Source: Auanema rhodensis (taxonomy: Eukaryota; Animalia; Nematoda). From it: a stretch of DNA of 64,000 bases. The notes under the pieces were generated by a model that saw only the letters and a list, made by a program, of their open reading frames with translations, did no database searches and had not been told where the DNA came from. Shown piece by piece: positions 1 to 12,285 of this stretch. The first letter of the stretch is position 1. Each line of letters opens with the position of its first letter. The stretch lies in the NCBI GenBank assembly GCA_964057225.1, contig OZ059897.1:4278001-4342000 (forward strand), read 5' to 3'. Both the position numbers and the translations under genes were made by a program.

Positions 1-158
1 CTTATATCCTCGATTTTCACCCTGAAGAAATGATTTTTTCGTTGAAAAACATTGTCCATCGTATTCGTCTTGAAAAAAAGAATCTAAAAACATCTACTTT
101 TTGTGAAATTATTCAGAAATTTTTCGGGAAAATTTTTGTCAAAATGTTTTTGGAAGCA

Positions 159-200
159 ATGTTGAGTGTACATGGGAACTCAGCATACACTAATGCATTA
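159..200. other. Second dyad cluster in every monomer: 9-bp stem plus 10-bp palindrome
   Basis: atgttgagt (159-167) pairs with actca(a/g)cat (178-186). taatgcatta (191-200) is a perfect palindrome. Confidence 0.85.
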
Positions 201-260
201 TTTTTCAAACGATCATAACTAATTTTTGTATAGAGCGTTTCTCAATGTAGTATAGTGCAT

Positions 261-327
261 TCGATGCGGATTTTTAAGCTGCGTTGATCTGTGTTATCAG
301 ATTTGCGCTAGCTTAAAAATGCACCGA
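261..327. other. Imperfect inverted repeat (hairpin/cruciform-capable), present in every monomer
   Basis: atttttaagct (270-280) is the exact reverse complement of agcttaaaaat (310-320). Inner pairs are gcg/cgc and atctg/cagat around the loop tgttat; outer pairs are tcg..tgc / gca..cga. Confidence 0.9.
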
Positions 328-351
328 GTAATCAACTGATATAGGTTCACA

Positions 352-702
352 CTTATATCCTCGATTTTCACCCTGAAGAATTAATTTTTTCGTTGAATAA
401 CATTGTCCATCGTCTTTGCCTTGAAAAAAGAAATCTAAAAACTCCTACTTTTCGTGAAATTATTTAGAAATTTTTCGGGAAAATTTTTGTCACAATGTTT
501 TTGGAAGCAATGTTGAGTGTACATGGGAACTCAGCATACACTAATGCATTATTTTTCAAACGATCATAACTAATTTTTGTATAGAGCGTTTCTCAATGTA
601 GTATAGTGCATTCGATGCGGATTTTTAAGCTGCGTCGATCTGTGTTATCAGATTTGGGTTAGCTTGAAAATGCACCGAGATATTAACTGATATATGTTCA
701 CA
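352..702 (+). repeat. Representative monomer, B-type head (aattaa..gaataac..cgtctttgcc..actcct)
   Basis: Differs from the A head at monomer positions 30, 32, 47, 63, 66, 68, 79/80, 92 and 93. Confidence 0.95.
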
Positions 703-3700
703 CTTATATCCTCGATTTTCACCCTGAAGAAATGATTTTTTCGTTGAAAAACATTGTCCATCGTATTCGTCTTGAAAAAAGGAATCTAAAAACATCTACT
801 TTTTGTGAAATTATTTAGAAATTTTTCGGGAAAATTTTTGTCACAATGTTTTTGGAAGCAATGTTGAGTGTACATGGGAACTCAGCATACACTAATGCAT
901 TATTTTTCAAACGATCATAACTAATTTTTGTATAGAGCGTTTCTCAATGTAGTATAGTGCATTCGATGCGGATTTTTAAGCTGCGTCGATCTGTGTTATC
1001 AGATTTGAGTTAGCTTGAAAATGCACCGAGATATCAACTGATATATGTTCACACTTATATCCTCGATTTTCACCCTGAAGAAATGATTTTTTCGTTGAAA
1101 AACATTGTCCATCGTATTCGTCTTGAAAAAAGGAATCTAAAAACATCTACTTTTTGTGAAATTATTCAGAAATTTTTCGGGAAAATTTTTGTCAAAATGT
1201 TTTTGGAAGCAATGTTGAGTGTACATGGGAACTCAACATACACTAATGCATTATTTTTCAAACGATCATAACTAATTTTTGTATGGAGCGTTTCTCAATG
1301 TAGTATAGTGCATTCGATGCGGATTTTTGAGCTGCGTTGATCTGTGTTATCAGATTTGCGCTAGCTTAAAAATGCACCGAGTAATCAACTGATATAGGTT
1401 CACACTTATATCCTCGATTTTCACCCTGAAGAATTAATTTTTTCGTTGAATAACATTGTCCATCGTCTTTGCCTTGAGAAAAGAAATTTAAAAACTCCTA
1501 CTTTTTGTGAAATTATTTAGAAATTTTTCGGGAAAATTTTTGTCACAATGTTTTTGGAAGCAATGTTGAGTGTACATGGGAACTCAGCATACACTAATGC
1601 ATTATTTTTCAAACGATCATAACTAATTTTTAAATAGAGCGTTTCTTAATGTAGTATAGTGCATTCGATGCGGATTTTTGAGCTGCGTTGATCTGTGTTA
1701 TCAGATTTGCGCTAGCTTAAAAATGCACCGAGTAATCAACTGATATATGTTCACACTTATATCCTCGATTTTCACCCTGAAGAATTAATTTTTTCGTTGA
1801 ATAACATTGTCCATCGTCTTTGCCTTGAGAAAAGAAATTTAAAAACTCCTACTTTTTGTGAAATTATTTAGAAATTTTTCGGGAAAATTTTTGTCACAAT
1901 GTTTTTGGAAGCAATGTTGAGTGTACATGGGAACTCAGCATACACTAATGCATTATTTTTCAAACGATCATAACTAATTTTTGTATAGAGCGTTTCTCAA
2001 TGTAGTATAGTGCATTCGATGCGGATTTTTAAGCTGCGTCGATCTGTGTTATCAGATTTGAGTTAGCTTGAAAATGCACCGAGATATCAACTGATATATG
2101 TTCACACTTATATCCTCGATTTTCACCCTGAAGAAATGATTTTTTCGTTGAAAAACATTGTCCATCGTATTCGTCTTGAAAAAAGGAATCTAAAAACATC
2201 TACTTTTTGTGAAATTATTTAGAAATTTTTCGGGAAAATTTTTGTCACAATGTTTTTGGAAGCAATGTTGAGTGTACATGGGAACTCAGCATACACTAAT
2301 GCATTATTTTTCAAACGATCATAACTAATTTTTGTATAGAGCGTTTCTCAATGTAGTATAGTGCATTCGATGCGGATTTTTAAGCTGCGATGATCTGTGT
2401 TATCAGATTTGAGTTAGCTTAAAAATGCACCGAGATATCAACTGATATATGTTCACACTTATATCCTCGATTTTCACCCTGAAGAAATGATTTTTTCGTT
2501 GAAAAACATTGTCCATCGTATTCGTCTTGAAAAAAAGAATCTAAAAACATCTACTTTTTGTGAAATTATTCAGAAATTTTTCGGGAAAATTTTTGTCAAA
2601 ATGTTTTTGGAAGCAATGTTGAGTGTACATGGGAACTCAACATACACTAATGCATTATTTTTCAAACGATCATAACTAATTTTTGTATGGAGCGTTTCTC
2701 AATGTAGTATAGTGCATTCGATGCGGATTTTTGAGCTGCGTTGATCTGTGTTATCAGATATGCGCTAGCTTAAAAATGCACCGAGTAATCAACTGATATA
2801 GGTTCACACTTATATCCTCGATTTTCACCCTGAAGAATTAATTTTTTCGTTGAATAACATTGTCCATCGTCTTTGCCTTGAGAAAAGAAATTTAAAAACT
2901 CCTACTTTTTGTGAAATTATTTAGAAATTTTTCGGGAAAATTTTTGTCACAATGTTTTTGGAAGCAATGTTGAGTGTACATGGGAACTCAGCATACACTA
3001 ATGCATTATTTTTCAAACGATCATAACTAATTTTTAAATAGAGCGTTTCTTAATGTAGTATAGTGCATTCGATGCGGATTTTTGAGCTGCGTTGATCTGT
3101 GTTATCAGATTTGCGCTAGCTTAAAAATGCACCGAGTAATCAACTGATATATGTTCACACTTATATCCTCGATTTTCACCCTGAAGAAATGATTTTTTCG
3201 TTGAAAAACATTGTCCATCGTATTCGTCTTGAAAAAAAGAATCTAAAAACATCTACTTTTTGTGAAATTATTTAGAACTTTTTCGGGAAAATTTTTGTCA
3301 CAATGTTTTTGGAAGCAATGTTGAGTGTACATGGGAACTCAGCATACACTAATGCATTATTTTTCAAACGATCATAACTAATTTTTAAATAGAGCGTTTC
3401 TCAATGTAGTATAGTGCATTCGATGCGGATTTTTGAGCTGCGTTGATCTGTGTTATCAGATTTGAGTTAGCTTAAAAATGCACCGAGATATCAACTGATA
3501 TATGTTCACACTTATATCCTCGATTTTCACCCTGAAGAAATGATTTTTTCGTTGAAAAACATTGTCCATCGTATTCGTCTTGAAAAAAAGAATCTAAAAA
3601 CATCTACTTTTTGTGAAATTATTCAGAAATTTTTCGGGAAAATTTTTGTCAAAATGTTTTTGGAAGCAATGTTGAGTGTACATGGGAACTCAGCATACAC

Positions 3701-6700
3701 TAATGCATTATTTTTCAAACGATCATAACTAATTTTTGTATAGAGCGTTTCTCAATGTAGTATAGTGCATTCGATGCGGATTTTTAAGCTGCGTTGATCT
3801 GTGTTATCAGATTTGCGCTAGCTTAAAAATGCACCGAGTAATCAACTGATATAGGTTCACACTTATATCCTCGATTTTCACCCTGAAGAATTAATTTTTT
3901 CGTTGAATAACATTGTCCATCGTCTTTGCCTTGAAAAAAGAAATCTAAAAACTCCTACTTTTCGTGAAATTATTTAGAAATTTTTCGGGAAAATTTTTGT
4001 CACAATGTTTTTGGAAGCAATGTTGAGTGTACATGGGAACTCAGCATACACTAATGCATTATTTTTCAAACGATCATAACTAATTTTTGTATAGAGCGTT
4101 TCTCAATGTAGTATAGTGCATTCGATGCGGATTTTTAAGCTGCGTCGATCTGTGTTATCAGATTTGAGTTAGCTTGAAAATGCACCGAGATATTAACTGA
4201 TATATGTTCACACTTATATCCTCGATTTTCACCCTGAAGAAATGATTTTTTCGTTGAAAAACATTGTCCATCGTATTCGTCTTGAAAAAAGGAATCTAAA
4301 AACATCTACTTTTTGTGAAATTATTTAGAAATTTTTCGGGAAAATTTTTGTCACAATGTTTTTGGAAGCAATGTTGAGTGTACATGGGAACTCAGCATAC
4401 ACTAATGCATTATTTTTCAAACGATCATAACTAATTTTTGTATAGAGCGTTTCTCAATGTAGTATAGTGCATTCGATGCGGATTTTTAAGCTGCGTCGAT
4501 CTGTGTTATCAGATTTGAGTTAGCTTGAAAATGCACCGAGATATCAACTGATATATGTTCACACTTATATCCTCGATTTTCACCCTGAAGAAATGATTTT
4601 TTCGTTGAAAAACATTGTCCATCGTATTCGTCTTGAAAAAAGGAATCTAAAAACATCTACTTTTTGTGAAATTATTCAGAAATTTTTCGGGAAAATTTTT
4701 GTCAAAATGTTTTTGGAAGCAATGTTGAGTGTACATGGGAACTCAACATACACTAATGCATTATTTTTCAAACGATCATAACTAATTTTTGTATGGAGCG
4801 TTTCTCAATGTAGTATAGTGCATTCGATGCGGATTTTTGAGCTGCGTTGATCTGTGTTATCAGATTTGCGCTAGCTTAAAAATGCACCGAGTAATCAACT
4901 GATATAGGTTCACACTTATATCCTCGATTTTCACCCTGAAGAATTAATTTTTTCGTTGAATAACATTGTCCATCGTCTTTGCCTTGAGAAAAGAAATTTA
5001 AAAACTCCTACTTTTTGTGAAATTATTTAGAAATTTTTCGGGAAAATTTTTGTCACAATGTTTTTGGAAGCAATGTTGAGTGTACATGGGAACTCAGCAT
5101 ACACTAATGCATTATTTTTCAAACGATCATAACTAATTTTTAAATAGAGCGTTTCTTAATGTAGTATAGTGCATTCGATGCGGATTTTTGAGCTGCGTTG
5201 ATCTGTGTTATCAGATTTGCGCTAGCTTAAAAATGCACCGAGTAATCAACTGATATATGTTCACACTTATATCCTCGATTTTCACCCTGAAGAATTAATT
5301 TTTTCGTTGAATAACATTGTCCATCGTCTTTGCCTTGAGAAAAGAAATTTAAAAACTCCTACTTTTTGTGAAATTATTTAGAAATTTTTCGGGAAAATTT
5401 TTGTCACAATGTTTTTGGAAGCAATGTTGAGTGTACATGGGAACTCAGCATACACTAATGCATTATTTTTCAAACGATCATAACTAATTTTTGTATAGAG
5501 CGTTTCTCAATGTAGTATAGTGCATTCGATGCGGATTTTTAAGCTGCGTCGATCTGTGTTATCAGATTTGAGTTAGCTTGAAAATGCACCGAGATATCAA
5601 CTGATATATGTTCACACTTATATCCTCGATTTTCACCCTGAAGAAATGATTTTTTCGTTGAAAAACATTGTCCATCGTATTCGTCTTGAAAAAAGGAATC
5701 TAAAAACATCTACTTTTTGTGAAATTATTTAGAAATTTTTCGGGAAAATTTTTGTCACAATGTTTTTGGAAGCAATGTTGAGTGTACATGGGAACTCAGC
5801 ATACACTAATGCATTATTTTTCAAACGATCATAACTAATTTTTGTATAGAGCGTTTCTCAATGTAGTATAGTGCATTCGATGCGGATTTTTAAGCTGCGT
5901 CGATCTGTGTTATCAGATTTGAGTTAGCTTAAAAATGCACCGAGATATCAACTGATATATGTTCACACTTATATCCTCGATTTTCACCCTGAAGAAATGA
6001 TTTTTTCGTTGAAAAACATTGTCCATCGTATTCGTCTTGAAAAAAAGAATCTAAAAACATCTACTTTTTGTGAAATTATTCAGAAATTTTTCGGGAAAAT
6101 TTTTGTCAAAATGTTTTTGGAAGCAATGTTGAGTGTACATGGGAACTCAACATACACTAATGCATTATTTTTCAAACGATCATAACTAATTTTTGTATGG
6201 AGCGTTTCTCAATGTAGTATAGTGCATTCGATGCGGATTTTTAAGCTGCGTTGATCTGTGTTATCAGATTTGCGCTAGCTTAAAAATGCACCGAGTAATC
6301 AACTGATATAGGTTCACACTTATATCCTCGATTTTCACCCTGAAGAATTAATTTTTTCGTTGAATAACATTGTCCATCGTCTTTGCCTTGAGAAAAGAAA
6401 TTTAAAAACTCCTACTTTTTGTGAAATTATTTAGAAATTTTTCGGGAAAATTTTTGTCACAATGTTTTTGGAAGCAATGTTGAGTGTACATGGGAACTCA
6501 GCATACACTAATGCATTATTTTTCAAACGATCATAACTAATTTTTAAATAGAGCGTTTCTTAATGTAGTATAGTGCATTCGATGCGGATTTTTGAGCTGC
6601 GTTGATCTGTGTTATCAGATTTGCGCTAGCTTAAAAATGCACCGAGTAATCAACTGATATAGGTTCACACTTATATCCTCGATTTTCACCCTGAAGAATT

Positions 6701-9700
6701 AATTTTTTCGTTGAATAACATTGTCCATCGTCTTTGCCTTGAGAAAAGAAATTTAAAAACTCCTACTTTTTGTGAAATTATTTAGAAATTTTTCGGGAAA
6801 ATTTTTGTCACAATGTTTTTGGAAGCAATGTTGAGTGTACATGGGAACTCAGCATACACTAATGCATTATTTTTCAAACGATCATAACTAATTTTTAAAT
6901 AGAGCGTTTCTTAATGTAGTATAGTGCATTCGATGCGGATTTTTGAGCTGCGTTGATCTGTGTTATCAGATTTGCGCTAGCTTAAAAATGCACCGAGTAA
7001 TCAACTGATATATGTTCACACTTATATCCTCGATTTTCACCCTGAAGAATTAATTTTTTCGTTGAATAACATTGTCCATCGTCTTTGCCTTGAGAAAAGA
7101 AATTTAAAAACTCCTACTTTTTGTGAAATTATTTAGAAATTTTTCGGGAAAATTTTTGTCACAATGTTTTTGGAAGCAATGTTGAGTGTACATGGGAACT
7201 CAGCATACACTAATGCATTATTTTTCAAACGATCATAACTAATTTTTGTATAGAGCGTTTCTCAATGTAGTATAGTGCATTCGATGCGGATTTTTAAGCT
7301 GCGTCGATCTGTGTTATCAGATTTGAGTTAGCTTGAAAATGCACCGAGATATCAACTGATATATGTTCACACTTATATCCTCGATTTTCACCCTGAAGAA
7401 ATGATTTTTTCGTTGAAAAACATTGTCCATCGTATTCGTCTTGAAAAAAGGAATCTAAAAACATCTACTTTTTGTGAAATTATTTAGAAATTTTTCGGGA
7501 AAATTTTTGTCACAATGTTTTTGGAAGCAATGTTGAGTGTACATGGGAACTCAGCATACACTAATGCATTATTTTTCAAACGATCATAACTAATTTTTGT
7601 ATAGAGCGTTTCTCAATGTAGTATAGTGCATTCGATGCGGATTTTTAAGCTGCGTCGATCTGTGTTATCAGATTTGAGTTAGCTTAAAAATGCACCGAGA
7701 TATCAACTGATATATGTTCACACTTATATCCTCGATTTTCACCCTGAAGAAATGATTTTTTCGTTGAAAAACATTGTCCATCGTATTCGTCTTGAAAAAA
7801 AGAATCTAAAAACATCTACTTTTTGTGAAATTATTCAGAAATTTTTCGGGAAAATTTTTGTCAAAATGTTTTTGGAAGCAATGTTGAGTGTACATGGGAA
7901 CTCAACATACACTAATGCATTATTTTTCAAACGATCATAACTAATTTTTGTATGGAGCGTTTCTCAATGTAGTATAGTGCATTCGATGCGGATTTTTAAG
8001 CTGCGTTGATCTGTGTTATCAGATTTGCGCTAGCTTAAAAATGCACCGAGTAATCAACTGATATAGGTTCACACTTATATCCTCGATTTTCACCCTGAAG
8101 AATTAATTTTTTCGTTGAATAACATTGTCCATCGTCTTTGCCTTGAAAAAAGAAATCTAAAAACTCCTACTTTTCGTGAAATTATTTAGAAATTTTTCGG
8201 GAAAATTTTTGTCACAATGTTTTTGGAAGCAATGTTGAGTGTACATGGGAACTCAGCATACACTAATGCATTATTTTTCAAACGATCATAACTAATTTTT
8301 GTATAGAGCGTTTCTCAATGTAGTATAGTGCATTCGATGCGGATTTTTAAGCTGCGTCGATCTGTGTTATCAGATTTGAGTTAGCTTGAAAATGCACCGA
8401 GATATTAACTGATATATGTTCACACTTATATCCTCGATTTTCACCCTGAAGAAATGATTTTTTCGTTGAAAAACATTGTCCATCGTATTCGTCTTGAAAA
8501 AAGGAATCTAAAAACATCTACTTTTTGTGAAATTATTTAGAAATTTTTCGGGAAAATTTTTGTCACAATGTTTTTGGAAGCAATGTTGAGTGTACATGGG
8601 AACTCAGCATACACTAATGCATTATTTTTCAAACGATCATAACTAATTTTTGTATAGAGCGTTTCTCAATGTAGTATAGTGCATTCGATGCGGATTTTTA
8701 AGCTGCGTCGATCTGTGTTATCAGATTTGAGTTAGCTTGAAAATGCACCGAGATATCAACTGATATATGTTCACACTTATATCCTCGATTTTCACCCTGA
8801 AGAAATGATTTTTTCGTTGAAAAACATTGTCCATCGTATTCGTCTTGAAAAAAGGAATCTAAAAACATCTACTTTTTGTGAAATTATTTAGAAATTTTTC
8901 GGGAAAATTTTTGTCACAATGTTTTTGGAAGCAATGTTGAGTGTACATGGGAACTCAGCATACACTAATGCATTATTTTTCAAACGATCATAACTAATTT
9001 TTGTATGGAGCGTTTCTCAATGTAGTATAGTGCATTCGATGCGGAGTTTTAAGCTGCGTTGATCTGTGTTATCAGATTTGCGCTAGCTTAAAAATGCACC
9101 GAGTAATCAACTGATATATGTTCACACTTATATCCTCGATTTTCACCCTGAAGAATTAATTTTTTCGTTGAATAACATTGTCCATCGTCTTTGCCTTGAG
9201 AAAAGAAATTTAAAAACTCCTACTTTTTGTGAAATTATTTAGAAATTTTTCGGGAAAATTTTTGTCACAATGTTTTTGGAAGCAATGTTGAGTGTACATG
9301 GGAACTCAGCATACACTAATGCATTATTTTTCAAACGATCATAACTAATTTTTAAATAGAGCGTTTCTTAATGTAGTATAGTGCATTCGATGCGGATTTT
9401 TGAGCTGCGTTGATCTGTGTTATCAGATTTGCGCTAGCTTAAAAATGCACCGAGTAATCAACTGATATATGTTCACACTTATATCCTCGATTTTCACCCT
9501 GAAGAAATGATTTTTTCGTTGAAAAACATTGTCCATCGTATTCGTCTTGAAAAAAAGAATCTAAAAACATCTACTTTTTGTGAAATTATTTAGAAATTTT
9601 TCGGGAAAATTTTTGTCACAATGTTTTTGGAAGCAATGTTGAGTGTACATGGGAACTCAGCATACACTAATGCATTATTTTTCAAACGATCATAACTAAT

Positions 9701-12285
9701 TTTTAAATAGAGCGTTTCTCAATGTAGTATAGTGCATTCGATGCGGATTTTTGAGCTGCGTTGATCTGTGTTATCAGATTTGAGTTAGCTTAAAAATGCA
9801 CCGAGATATCAACTGATATATGTTCACACTTATATCCTCGATTTTCACCCTGAAGAAATGATTTTTTCGTTGAAAAACATTGTCCATCGTATTCGTCTTG
9901 AAAAAAAGAATCTAAAAACATCTACTTTTTGTGAAATTATTCAGAAATTTTTCGGGAAAATTTTTGTCAAAATGTTTTTGGAAGCAATGTTGAGTGTACA
10001 TGGGAACTCAACATACACTAATGCATTATTTTTCAAACGATCATAACTAATTTTTGTATGGAGCGTTTCTCAATGTAGTATAGTGCATTCGATGCGGATT
10101 TTTAAGCTGCGTCGATCTGTGTTATCAGATTTGAGTTAGCTTGAAAATGCACCGAGATATCAACTGATATATGTTCACACTTATATCCTCGATTTTCACC
10201 CTGAAGAAATGATTTTTTCGTTGAAAAACATTGTCCATCGTATTCGTCTTGAAAAAAGGAATCTAAAAACATCTACTTTTTGTGAAATTATTCAGAAATT
10301 TTTCGGGAAAATTTTTGTCAAAATGTTTTTGGAAGCAATGTTGAGTGTACATGGGAACTCAACATACACTAATGCATTATTTTTCAAACGATCATAACTA
10401 ATTTTTGTATGGAGCGTTTCTCAATGTAGTATAGTGCATTCGATGCGGATTTTTGAGCTGCGTTGATCTGTGTTATCAGATTTGCGCTAGCTTAAAAATG
10501 CACCGAGTAATCAACTGATATAGGTTCACACTTATATCCTCGATTTTTACCCTGAAGAATTAATTTTTTCGTTGAATAACATTGTCCATCGTCTTTGCCT
10601 TGAGAAAAGAAATTTAAAAACTCCTACTTTTTGTGAAATTATTTAGAAATTTTTCGGGAAAATTTTTGTCACAATGTTTTTGGAAGCAATGTTGAGTGTA
10701 CATGGGAACTCAGCATACACTAATGCATTATTTTTCAAACGATCATAACTAATTTTTAAATAGAGCGTTTCTTAATGTAGTATAGTGCATTCGATGCGGA
10801 TTTTTGAGCTGCGTTGATCTGTGTTATCAGATTTGCGCTAGCTTAAAAATGCACCGAGTAATCAACTGATATATGTTCACACTTATATCCTCGATTTTCA
10901 CCCTGAAGAAATGATTTTTTCGTTGAAAAACATTGTCCATCGTATTCGTCTTGAAAAAAAGAATCTAAAAACATCTACTTTTTGTGAAATTATTTAGAAA
11001 TTTTTCGGGAAAATTTTTGTCACAATGTTTTTGGAAGCAATGTTGAGTGTACATGGGAACTCAGCATACACTAATGCATTATTTTTCAAACGATCATAAC
11101 TAATTTTTAAATAGAGCGTTTCTCAATGTAGTATAGTGCATTCGATGCGGATTTTTGAGCTGCGTTGATCTGTGTTATCAGATTTGAGTTAGCTTAAAAA
11201 TGCACCGAGATATCAACTGATATATGTTCACACTTATATCCTCGATTTTCACCCTGAAGAAATGATTTTTTCGTTGAAAAACATTGTCCATCGTATTCGT
11301 CTTGAAAAAAAGAATCTAAAAACATCTACTTTTTGTGAAATTATTCAGAAATTTTTCGGGAAAATTTTTGTCAAAATGTTTTTGGAAGCAATGTTGAGTG
11401 TACATGGGAACTCAACATACACTAATGCATTATTTTTCAAACGATCATAACTAATTTTTGTATGGAGCGTTTCTCAATGTAGTATAGTGCATTCGATGCG
11501 GATTTTTAAGCTGCGTTGATCTGTGTTATCAGATTTGCGCTAGCTTAAAAATGCACCGAGTAATCAACTGATATAGGTTCACACTTATATCCTCGATTTT
11601 CACCCTGAAGAATTAATTTTTTCGTTGAATAACATTGTCCATCGTCTTTGCCTTGAAAAAAGAAATCTAAAAACTCCTACTTTTCGTGAAATTATTTAGA
11701 AATTTTTCGGGAAAATTTTTGTCACAATGTTTTTGGAAGCAATGTTGAGTGTACATGGGAACTCAGCATACACTAATGCATTATTTTTCAAACGATCATA
11801 ACTAATTTTTGTATAGAGCGTTTCTCAATGTAGTATAGTGCATTCGATGCGGATTTTTAAGCTGCGTCGATCTGTGTTATCAGATTTGAGTTAGCTTGAA
11901 AATGCACCGAGATATCAACTGATATATGTTCACACTTATATCCTCGATTTTCACCCTGAAGAAATGATTTTTTCGTTGAAAAACATTGTCCATCGTATTC
12001 GTCTTGAAAAAAAGAATCTAAAAACATCTACTTTTTGTGAAATTATTCAGAAATTTTTCGGGAAAATTTTTGTCAAAATGTTTTTGGAAGCAATGTTGAG
12101 TGTACATGGGAACTCAACATACACTAATGCATTATTTTTCAAACGATCATAACTAATTTTTGTATGGAGCGTTTCTCAATGTAGTATAGTGCATTCGATG
12201 CGGATTTTTAAGCTGCGTCGATCTGTGTTATCAGATTTGAGTTAGCTTGAAAATGCACCGAGATATCAACTGATATAGGTTCACA

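Larger units (their letters stand above)
1..351 (+). repeat. Representative monomer, A-type head (aaatga..gaaaaac..cgtattcgtc..acatct)
   Basis: Read directly. 114/351 G+C by hand count, with many A/T tracts. Confidence 0.97.
1..6318 (+). repeat. Local 10-mer higher-order repeat (3510 bp), ~1.8 copies visible
   Basis: Monomers 1-8 match 11-18 in variant pattern. ORF pairs 30/3540 (both SAY variant), 1083/4593 and 2487/5997 are each offset by 3510. Confidence 0.85.

Noticed and set aside
100-130. CENP-B box suggested by ttcg and cggg motifs
   Set aside because: No TTCGNNNNANNCGGG with correct spacing seen on either strand.
1-351. 5S rRNA, tRNA, snRNA or spliced-leader tandem gene unit
   Set aside because: No recognisable 5S sequence, cloverleaf or Pol III A/B boxes by eye; a covariance-model scan would be needed to exclude this fully.
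1-351. Internal ~175-bp dimer structure (acact...ttttca near 349-19 and 187-207)
   Set aside because: The similarity is short, low-complexity and at unequal offsets (189/162), which is not convincing without a self-alignment test.
1-351. Assignment to a named satellite such as Drosophila 359-bp/1.688 or Tribolium TCAST
   Set aside because: Only length and AT content are similar; I do not recognise sequence identity and cannot run a search.
690-760. Type III hammerhead fold using upstream atgttc with aacat
   Set aside because: It leaves an extra A in the core, and no stem I hairpin forms between the putative cleavage site and CTGAAGA.
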